This document shows, one piece after another, positions 9,121-21,600 of a stretch of 64,000 nucleotides of DNA. The DNA is taken from the NCBI GenBank assembly GCA_963817895.1, contig CAWFQB010000001.1, positions 800,001 to 864,000 on the forward strand. The letters run 5' to 3'. The stretch's first letter is position 1; every line of letters starts with the position of its first letter. The notes below the pieces were generated by a model. That model did not search any database and was not told the DNA's origin. It worked only from the letters and a program-made list of their open reading frames with translations. A program made the translations under genes and the position numbers. Source of the DNA: an uncultured Chthonomonadaceae bacterium (lineage in GTDB: Bacteria; Armatimonadota; Chthonomonadetes; Chthonomonadales; Chthonomonadaceae).

Positions 9121-10377
9121 ATGCCCGTTTTTCAATATACTGTCCGTGACCAGACCGGAGCCGTTCGCACCGGCACGTCGGAAGCGGAAAATCAGGAGAT
9201 TCTGAAACGCCGCTTGCAGGAGCAGGGCTTTCAGGTCAACGATGTTTCGCAATCCAAAGGCAAGCAGAAGAAGTCTGCCGGAGCCGGGTTTGGCCGCGTC
9301 AAGCTGGGCGACCTTTCGATTTTCTGCCGCCAGTTTTCCACCATGATTGACGCGGGCGTGTCGCTTGTCCGCGCGCTCGACGTGCTGGCGCGAACAGACG
9401 CAGAACCCCAAGCTGAAGCGCATCCTCAAAGAGATTCAGGTTGAGGTCGAATCGGGCGGCACGCTTTCCAAAGCGATGCAGAAGTACCCGAAGGTTTTCA
9501 ACAACCTGTTTATCGGGCTTGTGCGCGCGGGGGAAGTCGGTGGTGTACTCGAAGAATCTTTGCAGCGCCTGTCCCACTTCCTTGAAAAGGATATGGAACT
9601 GCGCCGCAAGGTGAAGTCGGCTATGACCTATCCCGTCATCGTCCTTGTCGTTGCGCTCGCCATCGTCCTCGGCCTTTGTACCTTCATCGTTCCCAAGTTC
9701 GTGGAGCTGTTCCACGACCTCGGCGTGAAGGAACTGCCCGCCATGACGCAGTTCCTCGTGGACTTCAGCGACTTCCTGAAGAACAAGTGGTACATCGGGA
9801 TCATCATCTGCGTGGTGGCATGGTTCGCCGTCAAATACTTTGGAACGACCAAAGTAGGACGGCGCGTGATTGACCGCGTGAAGCTGAAAATGCCCGTCTT
9901 CGGCAAACTGGGCCATAAAATCTGTCTGGCGCGTTTTTCTCGAACGCTTTCCACGCTTCTGGTTTCGGGCGTACCGATTTTGCAGGCGATGGAAACGGTT
10001 GCAGGCACACTTGGCAACGAAATCATTGCCGAAGCGGTTATGAACGCCCGCGCCCGTATCCGTGAGGGCGATAAAATCAACGAGCCGCTGGAAAAAAGCA
10101 AGATGTTCCCGCCGATGGTCGTTCACATGATCAGCATCGGCGAAGAATCGGGCGCTCTGGACCAGATGCTTTCCAAAATCGCCGAATTCTATGAGGGCGA
10201 AGTGGAAGCGCAGCTCGCGTCGCTTACCGCCGCCATCGAACCCATCATGATCGTGCTGCTCGGTATCTGCGTCGGCTTTATCGTTATCGCCATGTTCATG
10301 CCTCTGGTCAGGTCATTCAGAACCTGACGGGCGGCGGCGACGATGAAGCGAAAAAAGCGGGCGGCGACGAAAAGTAA
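9121..10377 (+). CDS. pilC: Type IV pilus platform protein (frameshifts near 9390 and 10310, probably sequencing errors)
   Basis: FCRQFSTMIDAGVSL, AGEVGGVL, SAMTYP, RFSRTLSTLLVSGVP, IGEESGAL, EPIMIV, AMFMP; RBS GGAGGAG. Confidence 0.93.
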
Positions 10378-10382
10378 GGAGG

Positions 10383-10458
10383 CAGGAAAAAGGAAAAAGG
10401 AAAAAGGAAAAAGCAGCATTGATGTTACTTTCTCCTTCCTCCTTTTTCCTTTTTCCTG
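10383..10458. repeat. Inverted pair of GGAAAAA / TTTTTCC heptamer arrays
   Basis: aggaaaaaggaaaaaggaaaaaggaaaaag ... cctttttcctttttcctg. Confidence 0.8.
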
Positions 10459-10468
10459 ATTGTGTGCC

Positions 10469-11648
10469 ATGCTTCCAACCGCTTTCTGGATAATAACGCT
10501 GTTTATACTGGGCATTTGCGTCGGCAGTTTTCTGACGGCGGTGATTTATCGCCTGGGGCATCCTGAAAAGCGGGTGAATGGCAGGAGAATGAGCCTGCTG
10601 GAGCCGAAACGCTCGATGTGTCCGAACTGCGGCCATTCGCTTCATGCGATTGATTTGCTGCCGCTATTCAGTTTTCTGATGTTCGGGCGCAAGTGCCACT
10701 ATTGCAAAGCGCCGATTTCCTGGCGATACTTCTGCGTGGAACTGCTGACCGGCCTGACATTCGTGGCGGTGTACTTCAAGTTCCCGCTGACGCCCCTGAA
10801 TATTGTGCCGCAAAACGCGCCTATCCTCGTGGCGATGCTGGCGTTTGTCGCCGTGCTGATACCCATTTTCTTTATTGATCTGGAAACGTTTACCATTCCG
10901 ATCTCGCTGACGCTGCTGGCAACCGTGATTCCGTTGGCATTGGACGTGTGGCAAATCGCGCATCATCGCCCTGGTTTTGAGCCGATGATGGGCTGGCTGC
11001 CCCGTTCTATAGCCGGGTGGATTGTCGGAACCCTGATTTTCGGATTTGTGCGCGTGGCGGGCTGGCTGTACCTTCATGCGGTAAGAGGCGTGGATGCCGA
11101 AGCGATGGGGTTGGGTGATGTATTTCTGGCGCGGGGCATGGGCGCGATGTTCCTGGTGACGATGCCGGTGGAACTAAGTTACTGGCCGTTTCCCCTGTGG
11201 GTCATATTGTCGTGTGTGGGCGGCATCCTCGTGTACCCCGTGTTTATGCTGGTTCAGAAGCAGAACGAAAAAAAACCGCAAAAAAATTTAGATCGGTACG
11301 GAAATGCGCCTGCCTTTGTCGAAACAACCGGGGGCATAACCGACAATGTAGCGGAGGAACCCACAGGTTCGGTTCTGGAACAGTTGCGCGATGTAGCCTT
11401 CGTGATGTTCGCTTACGACGCTTATGAGTGGACGCGATACACGTTCAGCGGCAACTACCAGAAAGCAAATCGAAGCCAGAGAAGCGGAAGAAGCGGCAAA
11501 TAATGCTTCCATAGAGGAGTGGATACCCGCGCCCACCGCAATTCCATTCGGGCCGTTTCTTGTGGTAGGTTTTCTCCTGACGGTTTTCGGGGGCGAAGCC
11601 ATGATACACGCCTATCTCGCCTTTGCACACCTGACGCCGGAGAAGTGA
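10469..11648 (+). CDS. pilD: Prepilin peptidase/N-methyltransferase (frameshift near 11465)
   Basis: VGSFL, RSMCPNC, GRKCHYCKAPISWRY, FFIDLE, MGLGD; C-terminal AIPFGPFL in the next frame. Confidence 0.9.
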
Positions 11649-11650
11649 TT

Positions 11651-11668
11651 ACCTCACCGGGGTGAGGT
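11651..11668. repeat. 18-bp palindrome ACCTCACC-GG-GGTGAGGT matching two fused REP ends
   Basis: Lies just after the pilD stop; matches the CCTCACC / GGTGAGG ends of the REP family. Confidence 0.55.
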
Positions 11669-11779
11669 CAAAAGTCCCACAGGGAACAACCGCTTCCATA
11701 ATGTCGTCAGAAGTAGCGTACATAATGCATTGTTAAATGTAAGCCGCCTGCCCTGAATGGGCCGAAGGACAACGGAGTT

Positions 11780-12652
11780 ATGCGCCGTAAAGGTTTCACC
11801 CTAATCGAACTGCTCGTCGTGATCGCGATTATCGCGATTCTTGCCGCCATTCTGTTCCCTGTGTTTGGGAACGTGCGCAAGAAGGTGCGGGAAACGCAGT
11901 GCATGACGCAGATGCACGATGTGTACATCGCCCTGAAAGTGTACAAAGAGGATAACAACAAATATCCCGCCGCGTTGTTCGGGTTTGCCGAAGACACATC
12001 GGGTAATTTGTATACCAGTGGCACAGCAGCGAACATCAGCAATTTGCGCTACAAACCGCTGTTCACCAAACAAAACTATCTCAAAGACAACACAAAGTAT
12101 CAGTGTCCCGTCACTAAAGATAAAAGCCAGACGGATGTGACAACGGCTGTATATCCGGCGCTCATTGCCGCACCATCCAACTCGGCGCTGGCAGGCACCA
12201 ATGTTGTGTATTATGGAGCGATTCAGCACAACATCGGATATGAAGGACCAGAATATACAGGTAGTACGCCACCAGTCTATCCGGGGTACGGTCAAAGAAT
12301 CTACTTCTACAAGTACGATAATTATGACATTCAGCCTAAACCTAACACAAATCTCGATGGGCCGGACACAAGCAATTTGTATGAAATTCACTATGCGTTA
12401 AACTGGTCAATTAAGCCAGCAGCACCGCCTAATGACTCGAATGTGACCTCCGCAAGCGATTTCCGCGCCTTTCCCAACCAGATGAAATATGGCAACCGGG
12501 CGGATGAGAGCCATACGGTTGTGACGTGGTGCAACGAACACGCGCTGCTTGCGGGCAGCGATAAGTATCTGGTGCTGTCCCTGAGCGGTCAGGTCAAGCC
12601 CGTTGACAAGAAGACTTTCACGCAAAAAGGCCCGCTGACGATTTTGAAGTAA
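11780..12652 (+). CDS. Type IV pilin-like protein (prepilin cleavage/methylation motif)
   Basis: MRRKG|FTLIELLVVIAIIAILAAILFPVF; RBS GGAG. Confidence 0.9.
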   Translation: MRRKGFTLIELLVVIAIIAILAAILFPVFGNVRKKVRETQCMTQMHDVYIALKVYKEDNNKYPAALFGFAEDTSGNLYTSGTAANISNLRYKPLFTKQNYLKDNTKYQCPVTKDKSQTDVTTAVYPALIAAPSNSALAGTNVVYYGAIQHNIGYEGPEYTGSTPPVYPGYGQRIYFYKYDNYDIQPKPNTNLDGPDTSNLYEIHYALNWSIKPAAPPNDSNVTSASDFRAFPNQMKYGNRADESHTVVTWCNEHALLAGSDKYLVLSLSGQVKPVDKKTFTQKGPLTILK

Positions 12653-12696
12653 GCCGTCCATGCCTGATGGAACCTATTCGGGAAGAATACGCAAAC

Positions 12697-13728
12697 ATGA
12701 AAACGCATAACCCTCAATCCTCAATATGCAATCGGGCTTTCACCCTGATTGAACTGCTCGTCGTGATCGCGATTATCGCGATTCTTGCCGCTATTCTCTT
12801 CCCCGTCTTCGCGCAGGTGCGCGAATCCACGCGGCAGGGCAGCGCGATGAGCAATATGCGCGCGGTTTATCTCGGCGCGCGCCTGTTTTACGAGGATGAG
12901 GGCCGTTACCCGACCTCCCTGTTCGGTTATGCCGAAGTTCCCGTTGTCAATGCCGTCTACGACCCGAACAAGCCCACTGCCGCGCCCGCCCGTCCCGGCG
13001 ACACCAACATCACGCCGATGGGCCAGGCGACCGGCAACTACTACACGGACGCATTAAGCACGGGACGCGGCCTGAATCACGGCTATCTGTTTCATCAGCA
13101 GGTTCAGGATTACGAGTCCTTCCTCGACCCGGACAATCCCACAAACCGGCTGCAAAACAACCAGACGCAGATCACTGCCGCCGTCTATCCGGCCACGCTG
13201 CCCACGCTGAAAAGCGGCCAGGCGCTGGCAGGCCAGAATGTTGTTTGGTCACAGGCCAACAATACCGATACTTGTAAAAAAGTGGTTGACAGCGACTATC
13301 CGACCAATCCGAACAATTCTGCCGATGTAAGCTACTACAATGGCATTCAGAAGATGTACTATAAGATGGATAGCATGGACATTGGGCCGGCTATCGGATT
13401 TGACGCGAACGGCAATCCCGTTGCGCTCACGAACCCGGACGGCAGCACGAAGTACGAACTGCACTACTCGCCGGATTGGACCAAAGAGCGCTATGATCCG
13501 CTCAATAACTGCGACGAGTTTTCCAATGGTAATCCCATCGTGACGCAGTTAAAGTACAAGAACCCGCCCACCGAGCGCACCATTCTCACGTACATCACCG
13601 ATCACGTCGCCACTGCCGGCAGTCCCAATGTGCTGATCCTGCTGATGTCGGGTACGGCCCGCTCCCTGAACGTCAAACAGGCGCTGCAAACCACCAGTTC
13701 CATTTCGTTGCCCTTGAATTACAAGTAG
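12697..13728 (+). CDS. Type IV pilin-like protein, paralog of 11780..12652
   Basis: RA|FTLIELLVVIAIIAILAAILFPVF; shared YP..LFG.AE, AVYPA, YE.HY...W and Q.KY.N motifs. Confidence 0.88.
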   Translation: MKTHNPQSSICNRAFTLIELLVVIAIIAILAAILFPVFAQVRESTRQGSAMSNMRAVYLGARLFYEDEGRYPTSLFGYAEVPVVNAVYDPNKPTAAPARPGDTNITPMGQATGNYYTDALSTGRGLNHGYLFHQQVQDYESFLDPDNPTNRLQNNQTQITAAVYPATLPTLKSGQALAGQNVVWSQANNTDTCKKVVDSDYPTNPNNSADVSYYNGIQKMYYKMDSMDIGPAIGFDANGNPVALTNPDGSTKYELHYSPDWTKERYDPLNNCDEFSNGNPIVTQLKYKNPPTERTILTYITDHVATAGSPNVLILLMSGTARSLNVKQALQTTSSISLPLNYK

Positions 13729-13732
13729 GCGA

Positions 13733-13828
13733 GTTGTTAGTTGTTAGGTTAAATGCTACGTTATACCCGTTGGGGTTCTTAACTTTAATAGCCTGACAAC
13801 CTAACAACTAACAACCTAACAACCTAAC
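13733..13828. repeat. Inverted pair of GTTGTTA / TAACAAC heptamer arrays
   Basis: gttgttagttgttaggtt ... ctaacaactaacaacctaacaacctaac. Confidence 0.85.
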
Positions 13829-13829
13829 G

Positions 13830-13868
13830 CAGCGGGGAAGTCACGCGCACAGGCAATACTTCCCCGCT
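13830..13868. other. Stem-loop AGCGGGGAAGT ... ACTTCCCCGCT (possible terminator or processing site)
   Basis: 11-bp perfect stem after the pilin pair; no clear U-tract. Confidence 0.4.
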
Positions 13869-14088
13869 AATAACATGTGTTCTCCTCATGTTCCTGAACA
13901 CCTGAATACCTGAATACCTGCATCGGAACATGGCGCGGTATCTTGTCGTCGTAAGGATAGCAGCGCCGCAATGCGCGGTACAGGCAAGACTTCTCCAAAC
14001 GTTTATCAGGCCGGTTCTTGTTAGACCGGATAATTCGCAGCCACCTTAACAGCGTTCGCATGGACACAGGGACGCAGGCTCCACGCCA

Positions 14089-16207
14089 ATGGATAACATG
14101 AACTCAGCAAATAACCCGGAAATATTCAGAATACGCCGCCGTCACGAACTCCCGCTAAATCGCGCAGGGTTTTCGCTGCTTGAAATTCTGGTGGTGATGG
14201 TGATTCTGCTGATTGGTATCCTTGCCGTCGTCCGCCTGTTTCCGGGCGGCTTCCTGACCATTCAGCGGACGGGAGAGCAGACGCTTGGCACCAATCTGGC
14301 CGCGCAGCAGCTTGATCTTATGCGAAACCAGGCCACGCTGATGGACTACATCGTTCCCGGACTGCCGGACGATAAAGGACTGATTCACGAAATTTCCAGC
14401 ATCCGCCCGGATGACCTGACCGCTTCCACAGATACGGACTTGCAAGCGATTGCAATGGCGAACAACTTCAATATTTTTCCCGGCTATCTCGGCTACTTCT
14501 TTTCGGATGTAAACCGGTTCCGCTATATCAAGGGCGAAACGTTCCCGGTTCCCATTTCCAACCCCAATGTCGTGGATGGCAGCAACAAGCCACTCGGTTC
14601 CCTTGCCTCGCTGCAAATCGGCCCGGTGTTCAACTATTTCAACCCGCCCACCGGCGGAGGCAGCCAGTACACGGACAGCCTGCACGTTTACGGCGCGGCC
14701 TTAAACCGCACCCTGCAAAGCGCGGTCGCCAGCGTGGATCGTCCCGACGCCAGCGCGTTGTTGCGGGGTGAAAACGAGTACGCCATTGATTACAGCAGGC
14801 ATCTGATCGCGTTCTTTCCGCATGTCGCGCAGCCCGGAATGATCAAGTCGCGCCAGTTCCAGATTACGTTCGACTACTACGATACCAGCGCGAACCCGCC
14901 CTCCCTGAAATCGCAAACAGGCAAAATCATTGTGCCGGACGTAGATCCCACAACCGTCGCATCGGGCGTTGTGCCGCAGCCGGTATGGCAGGACATTTTT
15001 GGCGCGATGAACCCGGCTCCCGCGCAGGCTAAAGACGAGTTCAACATCCGAACCGAAAGCGAAGATGTCAGCCGCGCCTTTACGCTGATTACAACGGATT
15101 ACAACAACGGTTTGACATTGACGTTTACGGGCGCGACAGCAGGACCGAATTGGTCGGATGACCCCTACGAATATGCGTGGTACTCCGAGCAGGAGGGCGC
15201 GACTTCCAACGCCAATGTGGGCGTGCTGCTGTTCAATCCGAAGGGACACGTCTCCTTCCTTGCCAACAACATCAGCGATCCGCAAACGCAATCGCAGGGC
15301 GCGTCCTACGCCAACAATCAGGCCATCACTGCGCGGGTAGATTATCTGGTCTATGACAACCACATTCTGCGCGACCTGCGCACGGTTCCTTCCGGCGCGC
15401 CGTACACCATCAAGTTGTCGGTTCCCAATATTCTGGCAAACGGTGATTTGTTGGAAGATGGCTCCACCTTTACAGGCATATTCAATGATGGCAACGGCGG
15501 AACCGGCGCGGATGTGATTGTCTATAACGCCAATAACGGCATGGAAGTGGGCGAGATTAGCAAAGGCGCTCAAACCGGGCCGGTCAAGTTTACTCTGGAC
15601 GCGACTGCCGGTTCGATTACCCTGAACTCTGGGGATGTGGAAGCAAATACAAATATGCTGCAGGGCAAACCCCTGCGCATTTTCTACCGGACACAGAAGA
15701 ACTGGGGACAGCAGGTGCAAAAGGCCAGCAGCGTGTATACGGCAACGAGTACCCCGGATACGCTGGACTACAAAACCTTTTACATCGGGGATGGCACAAC
15801 GGGTTCAGCCACACGCATTTACTTTGCGCCTTCGGAAGCCGGTAAAACCATCACGATCAGCGAGTTCTACCTGAAAACCGCGACTGGCGTGATCTACGCG
15901 CCCTACAAAAACGCGACGTTCAAAATCCAGGACAATCCGGCCCTGTTCGAGCCCCTGCCCACCAAGGGTCTGATGTATCCCTGGATTGATCTCAACCCGG
16001 ATTTTGGTATATCCGACGACGAACACATTCCGCAGGGCGGCATGAAAGGCGATCCCCCCAGCCATTACCGGGTTTACCGCCGTGCCGAGTGGACGTGCCG
16101 TAAACAATGTGCGCGGCCTGTCCTTCAAGTCCCGCGTGATCTGGAAAGACCGTACCAATTTCCGCCGCATTGACCAGGACAGCGTTCTCACCACTGACCG
16201 ACAGTAA
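14089..16207 (+). CDS. Giant PilV/GspI-like minor pilin (~700 aa; frameshift at a C-run near 16060)
   Basis: RAG|FSLLEILVVMVILLIGILAVV; shifted-frame C-terminus VRGLSFKSRVIWKDRTNFRR..., stop at 16205-16207. Confidence 0.75.
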
Positions 16208-16224
16208 ACATTGAGATACATGCC

Positions 16225-18514
16225 ATGACAGCACAAAAGCCACAATATAATAGGAATTACGCCTTCACCCTGATTGAACTCCTCGTCGTGATCGCGCTGA
16301 CGGCGATTCTGCTGACGCTGGTGTTCGGGCCGCTGATTAACACCCTGAACTTGACCAGTCGCGCCAGCACACAGATCGAATCGCAGCAGACGGGGCGGGA
16401 TGTGCTGCGCCGCATGGAAGCGGAACTGAGCGGCCCGGTCTTTGTCTACGATAACGCGTTTCAGGGCCCCGGCACTATGAACAGCGTGAACAATGTGAAC
16501 AATGTGATTGGCAATGTGGGCGACCCGGATGGGCGCGTCAACATCTGGATGTACGGGCAGAACGGAACCAACCCCATCGGCGGCGCTCCCGTTGTGGTTC
16601 CTATTCGGTTCGGCATGATAGAATACGTGCAGCCGGCCAGTCAGGCGGAAAGCAGCGGCAATACGCTTGTAGACCCGACAACCGGCAAACCCGACCCCGG
16701 CGCGAACGCTCCCGGCAACGTGTCCTTGCCACTGGTGCGCGGGCGTACCATTGCGCGCGTTTTCCCCGGCCTGCAAAACAACACGTCTGGCGCAACCAGC
16801 GCGGTTCAGGACGGCGTGACGCTTTCCGGCCAGCCCGTGGATGCGCAGGGCGCGTTTCACGGCTACGCCAACCGCTATGATGATGCCTCCGATGTCAATG
16901 CGAAGCAGGACAATCGCGTCACGCTGTACCGGGCGGAAGTGCAGCCGTACATTCCTGACCCGACCGCGCCCGCAGGCGTGGTACGCTACATTCCCAACAT
17001 CGCCCTGTTCCACACTGTCAATGCGCAGGGCGGGCGCGGTCAGTCAACAACCGGAACCATCATTCTGGACGACCCGAACTTCTTTTATGACACGACACTG
17101 GTTCCCGCCGCTTATGTGAGCGCGGGCGCTCCGGGCGTAGACCTGGCGGGACGCGCATCCGTTCCCATGTGGGAGTGCTGGAAAGCCGTTTCGCAACCCC
17201 TCCTGCCGCTGAACAAGGGCGATGCCATCGAAGTGCGGCGCGACGATTACCACAAAATTATGTATGTTGGCGGCGTCCCAATTGTGCGACCTCTGATTAC
17301 GTTCACGCCGCAGTACATAGAAAACGATCCGGGCATTCCCGCCAGCGTGGAAGCAACCGCGTCGGAAACGCCATACACCGCCGCTACAACGTTTCGTTCG
17401 CAGTACGGCGCGTGGGCGCGTCCCTTCCGTATCCTCGTGTACCGTTCGCCAGATGGGCTTCAGGACCCGCTCTGCGTCAAGCAATCCGATTTACTATGAA
17501 ATGGATGACCCTAACACCGGCATCGGTTCTCAGGGACCAAGCGCGAATTTCGCATCCACTGTTGGGCCTGTGCTTGACCAGTATGGCGCGTGGACAAATA
17601 AGCCGGATTTCGCGTTTACCCCGGATTACGACAAGGGTACGATCAATTTCGCGTTTCCACATACCGTATATGATCGCAAGGCGGATGGTTCACCGCTGCC
17701 TATGTACTACAATGCCTCAACCGTCAATAGCCAGATAGATATGGTGATGAATGGCGAACCGCTGACAGGCAGGCGATATTTGTGGCTGCGCGATTTCGAT
17801 TTTACCAACACGCTGAACCCTGGCACGGCAAAATCGCCCCTGAATGAGTTTTATATGCAGCTCGACAACCCGATCAAGACGCCGCCCACGCAGCCAAACG
17901 TTCGCATTGTTCCTGGCAGCGAGCGCGTCTTCGGACCGGATCAGCTTCCGGGGGCGCACTACGGCTATCGGACGCTGTACACCCGCGTCTCCGCAAATGC
18001 CGGACAGATCGGGCCGAACCAGTATAAAATCCTGTACGAGAACGCGGCCAATGCCAATTATGTCAACAATGTCAACGATCCGCGCGTTCAGACCGGGTAC
18101 GTGGAGTTCGACAGCCAGCCCGATGTGGACCCCTATCGAATCAACTCGAACGGCGTAGGTTCCGCGAACCTTGATCCGATTGACGATTTGCCTATATCCC
18201 ACATGAAGATGATTAGTGGGCAAATGCAATTGGTTCCGCCAACTTACCGGACGCATAGCCTGCCCGAAAAGAAGTGGATGCCCGATCCCGCCGCGCCCAC
18301 CGACACAACAAAAGGCACAGTTGTAGCCGCCGATCCGATGGAAGTATCGTACAGTTTCCAGATGAACCGGCCGAGCGATGTGGTGAAAATTGACTACCTG
18401 ACGCGCAGCATCCTCAACGTCACGATGGAGATGCGCCTGTACGACACGCGCTCCGCGCGCCCGCAAACCACGCAGTTGACCAGCAAGGTTTCAGTACGGA
18501 ACCTTCAGCGCTGA
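16225..18514 (+). CDS. Giant PilW/GspJ-like minor pilin (~760 aa; frameshift near 17475)
   Basis: YA|FTLIELLVVIALTAILL, QQTGRDVLRRMEAEL helix, C-terminal ...QLTSKVSVRNLQR typical of PilW-like proteins. Confidence 0.75.
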
Positions 18515-18532
18515 TTTAGCATCTAAAAAGGA

Positions 18533-18620
18533 GGGTGTTCGGTATTGGGTGTTAGGTGTTAGGAAAAATCTTGTTCAACGTGTGAATTCACCAAACACCC
18601 AATACCGAACACCTAACACC
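18533..18620. repeat. Inverted pair of GGTGTTN / NAACACC heptamer arrays
   Basis: gggtgttcggtattgggtgttaggtgttagg ... ccaaacacccaataccgaacacctaacacc. Confidence 0.85.
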
Positions 18621-18642
18621 TTCTCTCTGGAGCATTGTTCCT

Positions 18643-21600
18643 ATGTCCGAGCAAATCCGGCAGGTTTCCGCTTCGCGTTCAAGTCGTATGCGTCTGCATC
18701 GCGCCCAACCCGGCCAGACTCTGGTGGTCGCGCTGGCGGTGCTGTTTATTCTGCTGTTTGTGGGCGGCGCGTTCGTTGTCAACGTGGCGCGTAACCTGGC
18801 GAACTCCCGACGCGGCAGCGACACGTCTGGCGCGCTCGCGCTGGCGCAGGCAGGGTTGAAATACTGCGATGAGGAACTGACCGGCAGCGCGGACGGCGCG
18901 GACTGGCGGCCCATCCCCTCCGCGCCACTCGGCGGAAACAACCCTAAGGTCGCTAATACCGACCCCGACTATTTCTGGCTGGAAAAAGGCTTTACGCGCC
19001 TGAACCTTAAAGGCGGACGCGCCCTTGTGCGCGTCTCCTACGATCCCGATCCGTTTAATCCCGTCGGGCAGGCCATCAAAATCGAGAGCATCGGGCGCAC
19101 GGGCGAACTCGACGCGAACGACCCGACCGTTTTTGTGCAGAACAACACGTCACCCCGCCTACGCCGCGAACTGATCGCCTACAAGCGCATCGGAATTACG
19201 GATTACCTGCGCTATATGACCGACAAAGATAAGGGGAACCACACCAACTATCTCGGCGTTCCCGCTGTGGGCCACTACTTTCCGATGGTGTTCGGCAACC
19301 CGATGCTGGGCATGTCTGCCTATACATCGGGTGTCAATGGTAATGAAACGCTGTATGGTGGGCCAATCTATTGTAACTCGAACCTGACCATCATGGGCGA
19401 TACCCTGTTCTATGAGAGTTCGCGGGGCGTGTACGACGCTGCTGCGGCAGCATCGCCCGACCAGGCGCGCGTATTGGAAGGCATCTCTGTCGCAAACGTG
19501 ATTACTGCCAACCAGACCTCCGTCGCGTCGCCTACTGCCACGCGCTTCGATAACACCGGTAATCCCGTGACACAGGCATACATCAACGTGGACCCGAAAA
19601 CATTGACCGCGCCCCCCTCCATGACTACCGCCTCGTATGGGGGCATGATTACGCCGACGCTCACAGCAGGCGGCGCGCCCAACCCCAACTATGTCTCGTA
19701 TCGCGGAATCGCGCGTGACGGCAGCGCAGACGCGGATATGTCCGGCATGCCGCGCAGCGTCAGCAAACTGACGCCACCCTCCATTGATACCAAACTCAAC
19801 GGCACGGGCAGCCTGCGAATCCGCCAGATTACGCAATTCTCCGGAAACTGGACGGACCAGAATTTCAATACGGGCATGCACGGTTGGGGCAAAGCGATTT
19901 ACATTGACAACACGAGTGACTTGCAGCCGGAAACCATGCTTCCGGGCGTGAACGGCGGCTACTCGCTTCCCGCCGACTGGACCAATCCCAATGCCGGGTT
20001 TGCGCAAAGCGCTTGGCAAGGGCCGTACTATCGTCCGCCTGGAGTTCTGATTGAACTGCTTGGCGACCGGATGCGGATTACACGAACGGACGGCAAATCG
20101 TTTTACGCTTCCAACGGCACGGCGAACGCGCAAAATGGCGGCTCCACGATGGACATTCCGTTTTCGGATGCCGAACGCGCTGCCCTGCCCACGCCTGCCG
20201 GACAGCCGCCCATTGCGCCGTTCCCGCACGATGGCGACGATCCCGTGACGAATGGAACCGACCCGCGTAATAGCAGCAAGTTCAGCATTGATGCCAAATC
20301 CTACGGCGTCAACATCGTGCTGTTCGCCGAAGGGAATATCCGCGTCAAGGGCGTATATGGTTCGCTGACGGATACCACCAATCCCAATTCTATACTCAGC
20401 CGCGTTCACCTGACGCTGGTAACGGGCGGTTCGGCCTACATCGAAGGCAACGTGGTCAAGGGCGACGGAACCGTGAGTGGTCCGAACGGCGCGGTGCAAT
20501 TGCAGCGCAACTCCACCTGCCAGATCATCGCCAAAGATTACGTGTGCGTAAACACGTCCATGTTCATGCAGCCGCAAAACCAGACAAACGTGTGGAACCG
20601 CGTGACGCCGGACGTGGACGCTTTCGCAACCGAAATCGGCCTGCCCCGCACATGGTACGACACGACGTTTTCCAATGGCGTATTTCCGGGCAGCTACACC
20701 AGCAACGGAATGGCGGTACAGCAGATGCTGATGCTGCGGCACACGGCTCTTGCCCCCGGCCCGACAGCGGTAAACATGTTCGTCAACCCGGCTGCGGATA
20801 CCGGAGTGGGCAATTCGCTGTTCCAGTGGCCGTTCAATATCAATAACACGCCAACGTCAACAACGTCGTACCCCCTCGGCACACGGCCCGATCAAACCGC
20901 CAATGGTCTGGTCGTGCCGGACCCGGCTTCGGTAACGCCGTACTTCGAGCAGAAAACATTTGTCTTCGACCAGGCATCTTCCGCCCCCACCTACAATGTG
21001 TATCCGGGTTACGATAACCTGCTGCGCTTGAATGTGGATCAGACGGCGCAGGCCGCGCAAACCAATATCGCGCAGGGGCCGCTGCAAAGCTACCTGTTGA
21101 GCGCGATCATGGTAGCGCCGCTGGACATTCGCATTGAGGCCGGATTGTACGCGCAGGACAAGTCGTTCTTTATCATTCCGGGCTACTCGTTCAACCCGGA
21201 CGCGAACGATACTCGCGTCAACTTCGGAACTGCGGGTACGCGCGCCTCGTACAGTCCGCTGGATACATTCGCGAACGCCAACAATGATCGCGCCACGAAG
21301 GACAAGTTCCCGTACCACAATGAGCCGCTGGATGTGCGGATTACATTTCAGGGCGCGATTGCTGAAAGCTACACGGCAAGCGTCGGGGCGCAGGCCGCGT
21401 GGCTGAAGCAGTGGGGCTATACCCCCGCCAAATACGGCTCCTACAACGCCGCGACACCCGCGACAACGGAGATACCCGACGATCACCTGTTCGCGCGCAG
21501 TCCCGGCGTGAATGGAACCCTGCCGAACGGTTATGTGGCGGGCGATCCGGGCAATCTGGATTTCCGTACTCCGGTAGAAAGGCAGACGGACGCCACGCCG

